DNA of 64,000 nt. Origin: Raillietiella orientalis. Its lineage: Eukaryota. Position numbers and translations under genes: made by a program. Every line of letters starts with the position of its first letter. Position 1 is the first letter of the stretch. The stretch lies in assembly GCA_036172245.1 (NCBI GenBank), contig JAYWIR010000025.1, positions 1-64,000 of the forward strand. The letters run 5' to 3'. Below, in pieces: positions 50,101-64,000 of the stretch. A model generated the notes under the pieces. It did not search any database. It was not told the origin of the DNA and saw nothing but the letters and a program-made list of their open reading frames with translations.

Positions 50101-52467
50101 GGCTGAGGGATGCGGAGAAGCTCTGAAGTGATCCTAGACACCCATTGCCGCAGCACTCTCTTCCCTAAGGACAACCAGCAACAACAGCCCATCTGTAGAT
50201 AGGAGTTTTTCTGCACTGTTTTAGGAGCGACCAAACTCCTGGGAAGCTGGAAGGCAAATGAGCTGGTGGCGACCACTCTCGCGACCGCCACTCTTCGTTT
50301 CTGGCCGAAGGAATTGTCTAGGACGTCCCCTGAAGGTCTCATAGTTCCTCTCCAGTGTGTGGACACTTCGGTGTTCTCCACAAAGTGCACTGTTCACTGA
50401 AGCCATCAGTGCAACTCGCGAAGACTCCTCGCTTCACGGAGGAGACGCCTTTCCTTCGAGGACACCGCCAAGGACTTGCTGATGAGATTCTTCGCGAGCG
50501 ACAGACACCCAGCAGGCTCCCATGATTCGAAAGACATATTGCGTCTGCAGCGTTGCCACAGCCCGCCATGCGTTGGAGTCTCGGGCTCAGCCAAGGGAGA
50601 TCAGCCTCATAGCAGCCACCTAAATAGGGAGAATGCGAGGTGATCTCACCTGGAAGAAGTCGTGTCGGCGATCGCGGGCATTTTGCACCGGTTCTGGGCA
50701 ACACCTCCAAAACGCCTCCAAATCCTGAAGAACTTTCAAGTGCTGCAGTCTAGAAGGCTTCTTCGGAGGCTGCTGCTGCAGTCCTCCGGCCTGAGGTCTT
50801 CAGTGTAGCAGAAGGCTCTCTTCGCTCCTTCTAGGAGACAGTCTGGTGGTCCGTCTTGTGTCGATCAGCGGCGCTTAGGAAACCAGGAAGGCCAGCAGCT
50901 GCTGCTCACACCAGCAACAGGATGCTGATAAATGTTCTGAGTGGAACGCTTCGCGAATGTCGCCGCAGACGCGACTGACGGCGCTGGTGCACGTGGGCTT
51001 AGTGGAAATCGAAACCGTGCGTACCGATGTGTGAGCATCTGGAAAACCAACTGCCCTGTTCATCTTGCACACGATGGCAACGATCTTCTCAGCGATTGAC
51101 TGCTTTGCATGGTGAGCACAAACACTCGGTGCACATGGGAATGGATGGTCGTTAATGACACAGATGTGAAGTAGAAGAAGAATCCACTTCCAGTTCAGAT
51201 GCCCGTCTTCGTAAACAGGCACACGCGCAAACCATCTCATCCCGTTCTTGATGGAACGTCCAAAGCAAGATGCTTATCCAGTCAGAAGAGAAGCTAAGAG
51301 CAAACGGGCGTGATTACAGGATAGATCTTCCTTCCGAGGATCGCATGATGATCGCAATTACTGACGAATAATTGCAGAACTCATTTGCTGTTTCTATCGC
51401 AACAGATCTCTCCATATTCCTTCGTTTCGGATGCTATCGCAGTTGCCACCTGAAATGAGAAGATGCTAACAGCTTCTCTTCCGCCGACGGAAGGGATGGA
51501 AGCGAAACGCAGTTCTTTTTTGCCTGCCCATCAAGCCATTTGGGCTAGCTGGCACCTTTGGTTTCCCAAGTGGCGCCCGTTGCCACTGTAGCAAAGATCC
51601 CCTCCCCACTCTGGACTGAACTGGTTCCCCCATTCCTCGGAATGGGATTCCCAAGAGCGAATACGATTCGTAAGGCAACCGCGCCCCTGGATAATAGATC
51701 TGGAACTCAGCAAGGTGGTCTGGTATTCGGAGGATCGATTTTTGGTGCAGCAATATGGGATGTACGTGGCCTTTACATCTTGAAAGCTGAAGTTTATCAA
51801 CCCTGAACTGGAACGCTGAGCCAGTAAATGGACAACCTTCAGTTTGCAACCTTTTGACGACGTAGGTGATCTAATGGATGTGAGGTGGGAAGATGCAAAT
51901 GATTTAACATAAGCCGTTTCTACCGAACTGCATTTTCGCATTCCGTGCGCAAACTTAGGGTGCGGCCTGTTAAACAGAGCAAAGAGATTCCAATCATAAT
52001 AAAAAATAGAAACAGTTTTGTTCATGGAGCTGTTTCTTCATCTCATCTATTACGCTGCCTGCGTTTGATTTCCAAAATGCTTGACGCCAAGCCTGCGATT
52101 CACATTTCCTAGATGCTCGTAGGAAAGCACTTGTGAAGCGGTGTGCGGTTGCGGGTGGCAACTCGATTTCAGAATTATCTCGAACACACGTGCTACTTCT
52201 ACATCATGAAGCCATCATATCAATGGAGCGCTTCGCATCAAGGGTTGCCAGGATGTACATTTGGAGAGGACTCCGGAGGGAGTAAACGCCTTGCATGTTC
52301 GAGCAACCTTCGTTTCTGCGGTTTGCTGCAATTATCGGAGCGAGCATCATCAGCAAGATGGTGGCATCGCTCAAGGTTTGCAGCTTCCGGGGAATCTTTG
52401 AACTGATGGTGCGAGCCCCGATTTTCCATGGAGAGAGATTGATGCACACTTCGTCATGATCTTTGCG

Positions 52468-52500
52468 AAGCTTTGCTAATCACCTAAGCTTTGCTAATCA
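52468..52500. repeat. 15-bp tandem duplication, period 18
   Basis: AAGCTTTGCTAATCA twice. Confidence 0.85.
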
Positions 52501-55500
52501 ATCAGCTCGCAAGATGAAATCGCTTAAACCTGTCATGCTTGGTATGACTTGAATACGTCACCAGCACGGCGTGCATGGGGAACATCAGGAACAAATGGAA
52601 TTCTAAGGAGGATGAGTGTTTCCAGTGTGCATATTCTTTTCCGGTGTTTTTCTGACAAATTGCCATGGGAATCATAATGAAGTGTGCTTGGTAATTGTTC
52701 CCTGGCATGCAGGCACGAAGAATCATGACCATTTCCGGCCGTGGTGCTGAGCGCAGCTTCTGCAGTAGGAATTTGTGAATATATTTCGCCGATGATCGCC
52801 GAAGAACGACGGAATCTGCAAGGAGCTCATCCTCATTTTGCAAGCATGGTGGAAAAAAAAAAAAAAACACTCTTCGAGTGTTTTGATCACATGCGTGACC
52901 CCTTCTCAAGGGTTTCCCAATGTAACAAAATCCAAATTGGATTTTTCACAGGCAAATTTAATGTGTTTAGATTTCGCTTTCGCCAAGAGCGAGCTACTCT
53001 GATAGTCAGCTGCAACTGCTTCCAGCTTCCATCCCGTGCGGAGAAAAATCGATTCGGTTGCAGGGGAACAGTTAAAATGTGAACTTCTTACTCCGAAATC
53101 GCTCTAGCAAACAAACACGCGCGTCTGGAACATTCCGTGAACGGAAGACAGTACCCGATGTTCAAAGAGGGTCTGAAATTCCTGCTTGCAGTTACCGTGC
53201 CAGGGTTAAATGAAACCGAAAGACGTTCAAAATTGGATGCTTCCTCCTTATGCTGCCTCCGATTAAAATCTGGATGACTGTATCCTGTTCATACTATCGA
53301 ATCCAGTGCTCTCATGAAGACAGGAGCTGATAGCTCAGTTCGATCACGTTTCCGTTATTAAAGAAGGTAATCTCAAACTGAATCCAAATTGTACTTTACG
53401 GACTTTTCCACCGTTCCATCTATTCAAATTCGACTTCTTCAATCCCCCAAAAGTTTACTCTGTAATCCAACTCTCGTTTTTGCACCCTCCATTTTCCCAC
53501 TCCGGAAAGTTCCCTTCATCGAACGTGGTGAAGCATCACCCTGCTGTGTGACAAAAGTGCCCAGAAGATGAAATCTGTGGTTTGCGTAGTGGGATCGCTT
53601 GAAATCATTAATTAGAAATGATAGCTCGAGCTACCTGTTGCTTACACTCAGCTTCCATAAAGTTATGCACCTTCCAGCTGCCTGCATGTAATCCGGCATT
53701 TGTTTTAGATATTCCAGGAAGGTGCTTTACTTGCTGTGTCTTAATTTTGCACCAAGCATGTTTTCGGCAGAGAGGGATGCAAGGTCGGTGAAGCTGCAGG
53801 AGTTCTTACCTGGAGCTTCGTGGGCAAGTGACAGCTGCTTGATAGATGGGGACAACGGAAGAGCACGCTGGACACACCTCTTGCTCAGATTTTCCAAATA
53901 TGAAGGGCGGAACTGACTACTTCGTAGGCACGGGGTCGCTTCCGTGTTCTTTTTGCACCGACGTCTCCAGATATTCCATGCTGACGTCGTTGTGCTGTGC
54001 TGTGATTAGCAGCGGTGGATGCCAGGGCGCTGAGAAAATCCCTCCAAAGGCCGAAGTGGAGCATTTCTCCATATTTTAGATTCGTACACAGACAGAATTC
54101 AGGAAAATGTATCTGAAAATGTACTGTATCTGAAATTCAAAATGTTATCTGGAAGAATGGAAACCGAAGGCCTTTTCTTAGAGGCCGGGTTGGAATTCAT
54201 AGACATTTTGATGAAGCTGTCAGGCAAACAAATCCCGGCACATTCTTTTCATCGGAACTTTCTCTATATTAAAATTCGATGAGATTTTCAAGCTTCAAGC
54301 AAGCAGGGCGGGTGTATGAATTGTCCCGCAGGCCAAATAGCTGCTCGCCTTCACAGTAGGATGTGCGGTTGAACTTTGTTCTTAGAAGCATTGCTGGATG
54401 AGTCAGGTGTTCACCAATGAGGCGAATTCCTGGAGAGGAATTACGCATCAGATTTTTAAGAAGGGAATAACGATCGATACACCTGGGAGAAAAATCCCCA
54501 ATCGAACTGCTGAAAGTTTTCCCAAAGTTGAATTGAGCACACACAACCAGCAAAGGGATCTTGGTTGGGATGGCGAGGAATTCACCAAAGAAAATTATGC
54601 TAAATACTTATGGGAGAGAAGCAGATCTGCATCGAATTTCCTAACCTCATATCGGGTTCGAAAAGTTGCTGAAATGCCATTGGCGAACACTTTCTGGATA
54701 CACTGAAATGAAAACACAATGTGCATTTCGCTTGCACCCTGAATTCGATAAGTTTTGCAGTTTCATACTTGCGAGCAATTAATTTCGAAAAGGAAGGGGT
54801 TCTCAAGAGCCTCATGAAGGTCATGATGAATTTGCTGATGACCGGTTTCAAATTTCCATAAGTGCTTCCTTTCCTAAACTCCAGCGCATTGAGAATGCCA
54901 AATAAGATTAAATTTTCCAGAATCTCGAGAAATCATTTCTACTTTGCATGTGCCAAATTCCCAGCTGTCATTTTTTAATATCGGTTTTTTTTTTTTTTTT
55001 CTTTTAAATCTTCCGGATGAAATCTCAGATTGGCGCATGAAACGCTAATGGGAATTCATTTAACTGGGAATCCCTCCTCACAAGAGGACTAATTTTTCTT
55101 TATCCACATCTGAATTCACATTAAGCGTCCCTTCCGCTGGAGGGATGACCGCCAAGTGGCTTTCGTGTAGCGGAGGATGGCATTGCATCTTGCAGTGTTC
55201 GGATGAGACAATGAGCGAATTTCAAAGACGGATCCTACGCTGCCACCTATGAGTTCGGTCAGCTGAACTTCGCCGCAGAGATGATTCAGCTGGATGCAAC
55301 TTTGAACCCGAGGTCCATTACCGCTACAAATCACGATCAGCTATTTGTGAAAACTGAAGGCATCTCTCTCGAAGCTTTACCGATCATTCACGAAAGCTTG
55401 CGCAGTGAGGGAACATCGTTAGCTTCAAGGCACGGTGGTTCCGTGCCATGCTTCGTTCAGCCACTGTGGTTACAAGCTGCAGCTTTTCTAAGTGAAGCTG

Positions 55501-58500
55501 AAATCACAGTGCGAAATCAGAGTGCAGGCATTTGCATTCCATCGATTTCTCAGCCTTTATAAGTCAAAATCCACTCCAGGAATTTGTCCAGAAACTTTGC
55601 AGATCGTTAGATTGGCTCACTAGAAACGAAGGGAAACAAGGAACATCGCTTTCTTTAGAAACCACTCCAGATGATCATTTTAAATAAAGAGAAAAACTCT
55701 TGTTCCACTTCTAGTTGAGACTCCAGAATTACAGGATTCTCTTTCCGGTGTTCTTTGCGTTCGAACCATCACCCGGATCCTGGCCGTTTGATCGTCGAGG
55801 GAGATCGAGCTTTCTGCTGGGAGCCGAAATTCGCAGCTCGGCACGCTCCTGTCAGTAATGCAATCCTAAATGTGGAATTTTTCAGGTCTTCCGCTGACAC
55901 GACACCACACGGTTTAAAGAGACTGCAATGGTACTCAACGTCAATGCTTTCACCCGACCGTCCACTTGATCAGTCGCTCTGTGCGAATCCAGACGCACGG
56001 ATCCGTGGACGAATTGCGAACCTGAGCACTAAATGCAGAGACTTGACGATGAGTGGATGGCGAAATAGAGGTGAGAGTTGAGCGAGTTCGTTTCCTCCTA
56101 GTGCATTCCAGATTACCTGAAGAACCCTGGAGATGTGGCTCCAGATTTACGATGCAGAGAACTCGAAATGGTGCCTCTCTCCTTCCCGGAGCAAATAGAG
56201 AGGGATGCACGGAAAGTTGGCAAACTGCTGCTTAGGAATCCATCAGCTTGTCATCAACCTGTTCTAGGAAATCAATGAAACCGCATCCCACATACTTTTA
56301 GGGTTTCTCCTTTGGAAGCCATGGCCCTACACTAGTCACCTACCCGAGCCTCCTCGGTGAAGATTAGGAGAAGTGCCCATTCGTCACAATCCAAGAACTC
56401 AATATGAGAGCGGAATGATAAGGAATGGGATGCTGAGGAAGCAACACGCGATGTGCACATTTTAATCAAAGTTCATCGCGGCGACGGTGCAAGAAGGCGA
56501 CTGCCGCCATTGCAAATCACAGAGCTCTGGCACCAGTGGCTCCCTCAACTGACGACCCCTCGCAATTGATGGGATCCAATATGAGGAGCGCAATCTCCTT
56601 TGACGTGTACAACGTAGTGAAACCGGAAGACGACAAAGAAAACAGCTGAAAGCAGAAACACTTCGGGGAGATCGGAGGGGAGAGGGAACCAGGAGGAGGA
56701 AGCGAGCAGATCCACCGGGTCGCCGAAAGATAGCTCAATTTGCGAGGGAGGGTTCCCTTGCGATGATTCGCGGGGTTTCTGGCAAGTGAATGACTGAGGA
56801 GAAACCCGGAGGGAGCGCGGCCTTTCCCGGGACGACAAACGCAGATTGAGGAAAAACAGTTCGCCGACAGGGAGGTGCTAAAAGGAAAAAAAAAGAAACC
56901 GTTTCGTTCGTATTTTCCGCATTCGTGCCCGAGTGCTACCTCAGGCTTCGAAAAAATTGCCCGCGGCTAACCTTCTTCGTGCCTCAGCTGCCGGACAAAC
57001 TCGGCTTCCCGCCGATTTTCATGATCGCTTCGTGGGTGCACAGGCTGCCTAGAGAAACATAGTTGGGAGTTTTTCCTTTTTCTTACCTCTCAAACGTGAC
57101 GCTTATTGAAGAAAGATGACCTATCTCGCTCCACGTTTGGCAAGGTGTGGAGCGGCCACTGCTTGGCTCGCTTCTTGCTAGTGCACGTTCCCGCACGCGA
57201 GGTGCTGAGAGCATTTCTCCTCCTTATCATGCAAACGCTGACCAAGGAGCACCACCTTTTGTTTGTTAATAAATAAATCGATACTTTGTCAAGTAGACGT
57301 GCCACAACAGCCATCTCCGTTCAGAAAGCACACGACCGTTGTGGAAGAAACGAAGCTGGAAAATCCATTTCGCTTTGTCTCCATGGTAATGGCGCTCTCT
57401 GATTTTCTTTCAGCAGCGAAAGAAGAAGAAGTGGGAGCCTCTGGCTTCCAGGTTGCTTATGCGGTCTGAAGACTTCTTTCGAATGTCTTCAGACAGACTT
57501 CTGTCATGGCAGAATCTACCAGCAAAGCTACCAGCCCAGCCCAATCTCCTTATTCGTGGGTCATTTCGGGGAACCATCAGTAAATACTGTTTGCTAACAT
57601 TCTGTAATGGCTGTTGAACGAAAAGAAACAGTTTACTCCATAAGAAACGAACGCTCGTTGCGCAAGAAACTCACGTGGTCCGTTGGATTTTGCAGCTCCT
57701 TACTGCACTCTTTGGATGAGTCGATGCACGAGCTGAAGAATTCGGTGTTAATGGAGGACGTAGGTTAAATAGAGAATGAGTCGGGGAGTCTTATCCCATT
57801 GCTGGGATCGGCTTGCCAGGTTTGTTTACACTGACTCACATGTATCACTGTGAATAGAGATCAAACTATTCATTTTGTTTATCAAAATGGAAGCAAAAGA
57901 TTCCTGGAGAGATTCCATCTTATCTGCAAACTCCTTACTCGAAAAGCTGAAAGCAAACTCCAGGAAAAATGGCTCCGAGTCCGTGGCCTGAAGCTTTCTT
58001 CGAAGGATTTAATTCAGCGCACGGCTGGAGACTTCCGAGAAGTTTTCAGACGCTGCTGATCTCTGCACTCATTGCATTCATAGCTTGATAAAGGCAGGTG
58101 AATTTCTTTTCGAACGCAGAACTCCGCGCAAAAGGTGTGTAGAAGACTGAACTTGCGGACCAGACAGCTCACAGTAATGGAACTCGATTGCCAATCGTAC
58201 CCGGTCACTCCGAAACGTTGATCTCAAAGTAAATAAACCATAAGTCAGAGGGGACGGTGTCCCCTAAAAATACAAGAAAAAAGTTCACTGGGGATGACCA
58301 CCGGCACGCAGGTCGGCTTTTAGGGAAGTCCGAAACAAGAAGGAGAGAATAAATAAATAAAAAAAAGACGTGAGGATAGAGACAGGGGTCTTTGGAACAA
58401 TACGTTTCTTCTTTCTTGAAACCAGCTCTGTATGGGGACGATCTCCCTGATGGCTTCTTGCAGGTGGGACCACCTAGTAGCCGTTTACATTGAGGAGGCT

Positions 58501-61500
58501 GCCACGCGGATGACCTCCCTTTGCTGCGAACGAGATTCCATCACACGGAGCAAGCTGCAATCACGGCGCCAGCTGTCAGCCCGCCTTGAGTGAAGAGGCG
58601 CTGCAACAAGTTTTTGGCGGCACCCTCTGGGTAAAGGAGCGCCGAAACGAGCCGCCGCCAAATGTCCGCGAGAGCAACGCAGTCTAACAGGAAACGATCC
58701 CATCGCCTCCACACCTGGAACAGTTCGAGAAGGCATCTCCTCCGGAAACCGGGTGCCTGCGTTGGTTGGTTGCACCGGGATCCCCAATGAAGAAACAACA
58801 GAACATCCCGTCTTCACCGTAGAGGTAGCACCGTGGTGCCAACACACAGGGAAGGGACCACAAATTCTTCGGGGGCACATCGAGCAGGCCACTCTATAGG
58901 AGGAGACCCTTTGCTCGGGAACCAGGAGTGGCGGCGTTCACCAGCTCACCCATCTGGCAGTCGTCAAGGAGTTTCTCGGCTCCTTGCAGGACAACTAACA
59001 CCCCATCGGTTGGCTACTGTCATCGTCTGTCCTGAGGACAGACGGTGCTGAGGCAAGGGGTGTGAAGGCTAACCGGGACCAACTCGATTTCCGAGACACG
59101 AAGACAACACAATATTTATGTCATCATGCCTCATGCCTTTCAAGACAGTGCTATTGACTAACTCCACAACAAACAATCATCCCTTATGCCATGAAGGAGA
59201 AGCCATCCTTAGCCAGCCATCCGGAAGATTCCGTCTACAGAAAAGACTTGCCTTCCAAAGCAGTGATGGAGTGGGTACGGAAATTAATTTGCGTTGGGCA
59301 GTACCGCCACATAGTCTTTTCTCAGAATGCGAACTCAAGGCGTGTTTGCATTCCCACTCACCTGCACGCACCAACTCAGTATACATTCCTAGTCCTATTG
59401 CTGGCACTTCCAATGACCCAAGTCTGAGTTGCTCTCATTAGAGGTCTGCGGCTACGACTCTAAGCTGCCTGAACATCAAGCATCTCTGGCTGATACTGTT
59501 AGCTCCCACAGTCTCTTCTACAGCTGATTGCTCCATGTGTTTCGGGCTTGTAACGGGCTAATCATGGAATTCTTCCATGTTCGGAACTCTTACTGAACTT
59601 TTCGGCTCCTTGCGAAATCAACCATGAGAAGACGCTTCATGTTTAATAAATCAGCTGTTTAGCACGCAGCCAAGGTTTTTCGATCGTCCCTTTCTCCACC
59701 CACAAGGAAATATCATCTGCTTTCTCTGAAGTAGTTTCATGACTGGTCATCTGTCCTCCAAATTTTAGCTTCCGCCTAATCATCCTGATCCAGAAAGTCC
59801 TCGATCTGAAGAACCAAAGACGTTCGCTGCGAGGTCGACGAGCTTAATCGGGCAAGTGCTTAATTTGGAAAGCTAACCATTAAGATGGAATCGGCCACGG
59901 TTCCCTGCAAAGGCTTCAAGACTTCAAGACTTGTAAATAAATTTAAATCCAAACTTGAGAATCGAAGGAACCGCTGAGGTGGCTGGCAGGAGGACAACCT
60001 TCCAAGTGTATATCCACCACCGATAGAGCAGACTATCGATTGCCGATGCCGACTATCTCTTTGCAAGGAGTCTCGCACTTCACCATTCGCTCCACCTTTA
60101 CCATTCGAGCAGCAGTAGTGAACTTTTGGTCACTGCCTCCTTCCTGAGTTAATTAATTCAGTCATCAACTCACTCAAATCGTTCAGTCATCACACTTCAA
60201 AGGAAACCCTTCATTCGGAGCTTGACATCAGCATCCGCATGAGTAGAGCAGAAAACAAACAGCTGTCTTGAACTCTCATCGTTTCCCTCATTCTTTGTTC
60301 GGAAGTGTGTGTGTATGTGTGTGCTTTTGGTACAAAGCTGCTCAAAAATTGCTTTCTCCTTTCCACTACTCCCGGAAAACAGCACTTCCATATCTACAAG
60401 AGAGCAGATATGTTATCTAATATTGGGATCTGGTTGAGGAGTAAACCGCTCTCCCATGAAGGTCATTTCGCATGATTTGCTTGGAAACTCTGGTGCTTGG
60501 CATTTCAGCTGATGTTAGAGATTGTTCCTTGGGATGCACACTTGTTTGGGTTTGCGTTCCTCAGCAGCCAAAGACGTCGCTAAAATGCGGCGTTAATGCG
60601 AATGCAACAGTTGCTTCGTGTTTTCAATGGATCTGAGATGCTGAGCCGCTGCTGCTATGAAGAGTGGAGACCATTTGAATGATTCACAAGAACGTGAAGT
60701 TCTTCTGCAGAAAGAAGTCGCGATTTCTTTAGGCATGCGTGCAGTAGAAGAAGGACCAGTTTGAGCTAGAAGCACGAGGATTCCCGGTTCTTGGGTCGCA
60801 CATGTTCAAAACTTCAGAGCAAAAGTCTCTCAGCTTCTGTACATCTCTTCAAACAATCGTGAATTCTCCCCAATGAAAAGGAAAAGAAAATTAGAAATTC
60901 CAAAGTTCTCTTCAGGTTTTGCAGCCTTTTCTTTTCTCTTTTTCAAATCTCAACATGGATGTCTCGACTATCCTTCCTTATATTACATGCTTATTAACAT
61001 GCCGGACTTGGTTGAAAGAAAGAGACGGGTAATTGATGGCGGATGAATACCCAAAAAGTAGCAGATGGCTGGGAGGACCCCCATTCGGGCAAGTGGATAC
61101 AGAAAGTATTTGGAGTATGTGAATCACTCAGGAATCTGAGAAAATCACATAAAGAAAAGGATGCATGCAACCAAACAGCAAATTACAAGCTGAGATGATG
61201 GAAAGCCGATTCAGATCCGATACAACCATAACGAGGAAAAATATATATATAATCTTTCTGTTCTTTCTCTAAACCATTAAAGAAAGAATTGTTTACCCCG
61301 AAAGATCCATCAAGATAGCTGAAGACACAGAAAAGAGAATAACGAGGCTGCATTTGTGAAAATCCGTGTGATTTTTTAAGCAACGTAACGTCATTTCCGA
61401 TAATCATGAAGGAACATCGCTAAGGAACACCCTTTTGAAACCGAAATGCTCTGGAGATATTCAGTGCCATGAGAGAGAGAAGATGGGATTCATAAAAAAA

Positions 61501-64000
61501 CCATTCAAAGACTTTATTAGCCCTGAGCAGAATTCAGAACCCAAAAGAACTTTGCAAAACTCTCGAAGGATCACACGTTATTGGTTTCTCTCGGAGGGCG
61601 CGATTGGTACGGAAACCGTGCACACGTGTCAGCAAATGGGGAAAGAATTCTCAGATGCTCGCTGGAAACCGAATGTTTGCCGAGCTCGGAGGCGCTGCGG
61701 TCCGCGAGCAGAAGCGGTTCGTGAAAGCGACTCCCCCCCCCGCATCCCTCTTTGCCCAGTCATCCGGTAATTTCGCGAAGCACTTTGATGTTTGATTTCC
61801 GCAGCTCATTTGGTGCTTTTCCATCGCTGGGCAAGAAGCGCTTTCCGCATCCACCGTCAGCGTCCTCGGGTTTGACGATGCGTCACGCGTTTTCCGAATG
61901 CTCCTTGAGATCGCACATGCCACTCGCGCTCTCAGGCTCTGCTGTGGCGCATCTTCCCCCCTCAGAGGAGTTCTCAAAACGACGCTCCTCTTTCCTGTCG
62001 ATCGATCTCTCCGGAATAGCTGCTGGGAGACCCCGTTGCCAAAGAGCACAGCTTCCTTATCCATGGCAATAGGGAAGACGACCTCTATTCTACCTAGCTT
62101 TTCATACCCGGTTGACCCTTCACTCTATCACCCGACTTGACTTTTGGCCCGCTCCTGCACACAGGAAGACGTCTCACTTGCATCAGCATCCTGGAAACCT
62201 GCTACCAGATGCCTCCGAATGGGAAAAAAGTTTCTATGCATTTGGACCTTGAACGGAATGATGCTCATCGGCAGTAAACAAACGGTTACCCGCCCTCTGC
62301 ATGCGAAGAGTGACCCCTTTGCAGTCACGCAGGAAAGGTGCTCAGCAGGTATGAGGATCAAAGAGAGACACGCATCATGCTTGTCAGCTGATATGGAGCA
62401 GGCGTCCGTGGCAATCGTTCAGATACTGTGGCTTCAGATGGAGTGGGATGGCGGGAGCAGGCAAGTGCCCAGATTAATGCCAGTTGCCCACGAACAGACT
62501 TTAGCAAAGACGCCTTTGCTCTCAGATCTCAAGGTCGAGATTTATTGGCTTTTCAGCGTAGCGTCCATCTGCCAGTTCTGTTTCTTCACCACCACTTTGA
62601 ACGGAGTGCTTTGGCTCCACCGAAGTCAATTTGATTTGGATGATTACACTCGGTGGAAAGTTCTGGAGACTGCTTCTCGTTCCTCCAAGCACCAAGCAGA
62701 AATTCTATTTTCGTGGTTTCGCTTCCCTTTTTTTGTAGCTCATCCTTCCGCGAAAGCTTTGGTCATTTCCTCTTCCTGCGAACTCTGTTCTGCAAAATGA
62801 CTGTCAAAAAGAACCGTCATCTTTCGTTTAGCATGCCCTCCCGTAATTGTGATCGCATGGAGGGAAATTGGGAACCTCTAAGGATGTGGACGATTGCTAC
62901 AAGGAGCTTTCCTCAAGGTTCTCTTGAATCCTTGTCTCAAATGGAAGAGTACGGAAAGTGTAAGAGGCATGAAGCCCTTGTTTACCATCAGAAAAATACA
63001 TAGGGGTTTTGCGGCTCACGGGTCCACCAACATGTGCAAAAAACGCTTGTTCTGGACACACTCAGGATGTACCTCTTCTCAGGCTTTAGGATGCAGTTGA
63101 GGCTGCACATTAAAAGCTCGGTGAGTGCAGAAAGTCTTCTGAGAGGAAGGCGACCGGCTGCTTCACCGAACCACTTCTTTCGCTTTTGACAAATCCACCT
63201 CTCATTATTGGTATCATCTTGCGATTTTGTTCCTCAAAAGATTTCATTTCCCCTTCCCCTCTCTCCCCTTCCGTGTCTCCTGCTGCTGCTGAGCAGCACA
63301 GCACAAATCCCTCTTAGCCATCACTCCCGTCAGCTTCCGTGTCGTTGATGGGAAAAAATCCCCAAGCAGTTACCATAACTACATTTAGATGGATAATTAA
63401 TTGCTTGTTCAAACAAGTGCCCTCTGGGTTATGCCGCATGCCATCAGGGAATATCATCAGCGTGTGGATAACTCCTGGTCCAAACTCCTATAGAGCGATT
63501 CTCTAATCCAATAATGCTGCCTTCGGGGTGGAATCTCTTTGTTGGTAGCAGCAAGAGGCGTCTTCCGATCGATTCTCTCAGATGAGTGTCCTTACGGGAC
63601 TCTTTTCAGACAGGACCCCCCTGTGTTGCTTCTGTATCTAGAATTCAAGGTCAAATCCGAATGCCTCAGCGTCTCACAAGTCAGCTGCTGTTCCAGAGGG
63701 CACGCGGACTCTCTTGGGGTTCCGCCCAAGAGGGAGGAAGCCGCTCCATGCTACGAGGCCGTCGCCACAGTGAATCTTTTAGGCGGCCTTCCACCACCGC
63801 TGGCAGATGTCTCGTTTCCGATGAGACTCCCGAGAAAGCCATGCCATCCAGGCGTCCGGCCGTCTACGAGGCAGACCGGGAACCAAAAACAAAGGAATCT
63901 AAACATCCGAACTTTTTCCTCTTTTTCTTCATCTCGGCTATCTTCCCTATGCCTATCTTCTGTCACTGCACTCATCGGAAAGGCTCTTAATCTTGAAGAT

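Noticed and set aside
57464..57494. 10-bp stem hairpin
   Set aside because: Short enough to be expected by chance in 64 kb
60980..61140. Faint RTE-like C-terminal words (*IPKK...GR)
   Set aside because: Not distinguishable from chance
62144..62800. 218-aa ORF
   Set aside because: Non-ATG start, no motif and no convincing splice boundaries

Overview
This is eukaryotic genomic DNA, probably from an arthropod. It has spliceosomal GT-AG introns and long low-complexity non-coding tracts, and almost all ORFs in the six-frame track are spurious. The only well-supported gene is a + strand, multi-exon immunoglobulin-superfamily cell-surface protein with 3 Ig domains, 1 fibronectin type III domain and a GPI-type hydrophobic tail (klingon/wrapper-like architecture). 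I assembled it by hand from eight phase-compatible exons between 15341 and 31888 plus a probable terminal exon at 33849-33877, giving about 460 aa. The signal-peptide exon was not identified. The most interesting signals concern this gene's processing: a candidate recursive-splicing ratchet point (TTTTCAG|GTAAGC at 25662/25663), three possible C-termini, a 47-nt intron, a sharp GC3 contrast between exons, a 61-nt near-perfect intronic hairpin and a decayed tRNA-Leu-like element. There are also faint non-LTR retrotransposon remnants. The region from 34 to 64 kb looks mostly non-coding. I found no CRISPR array, operon or prokaryotic system.
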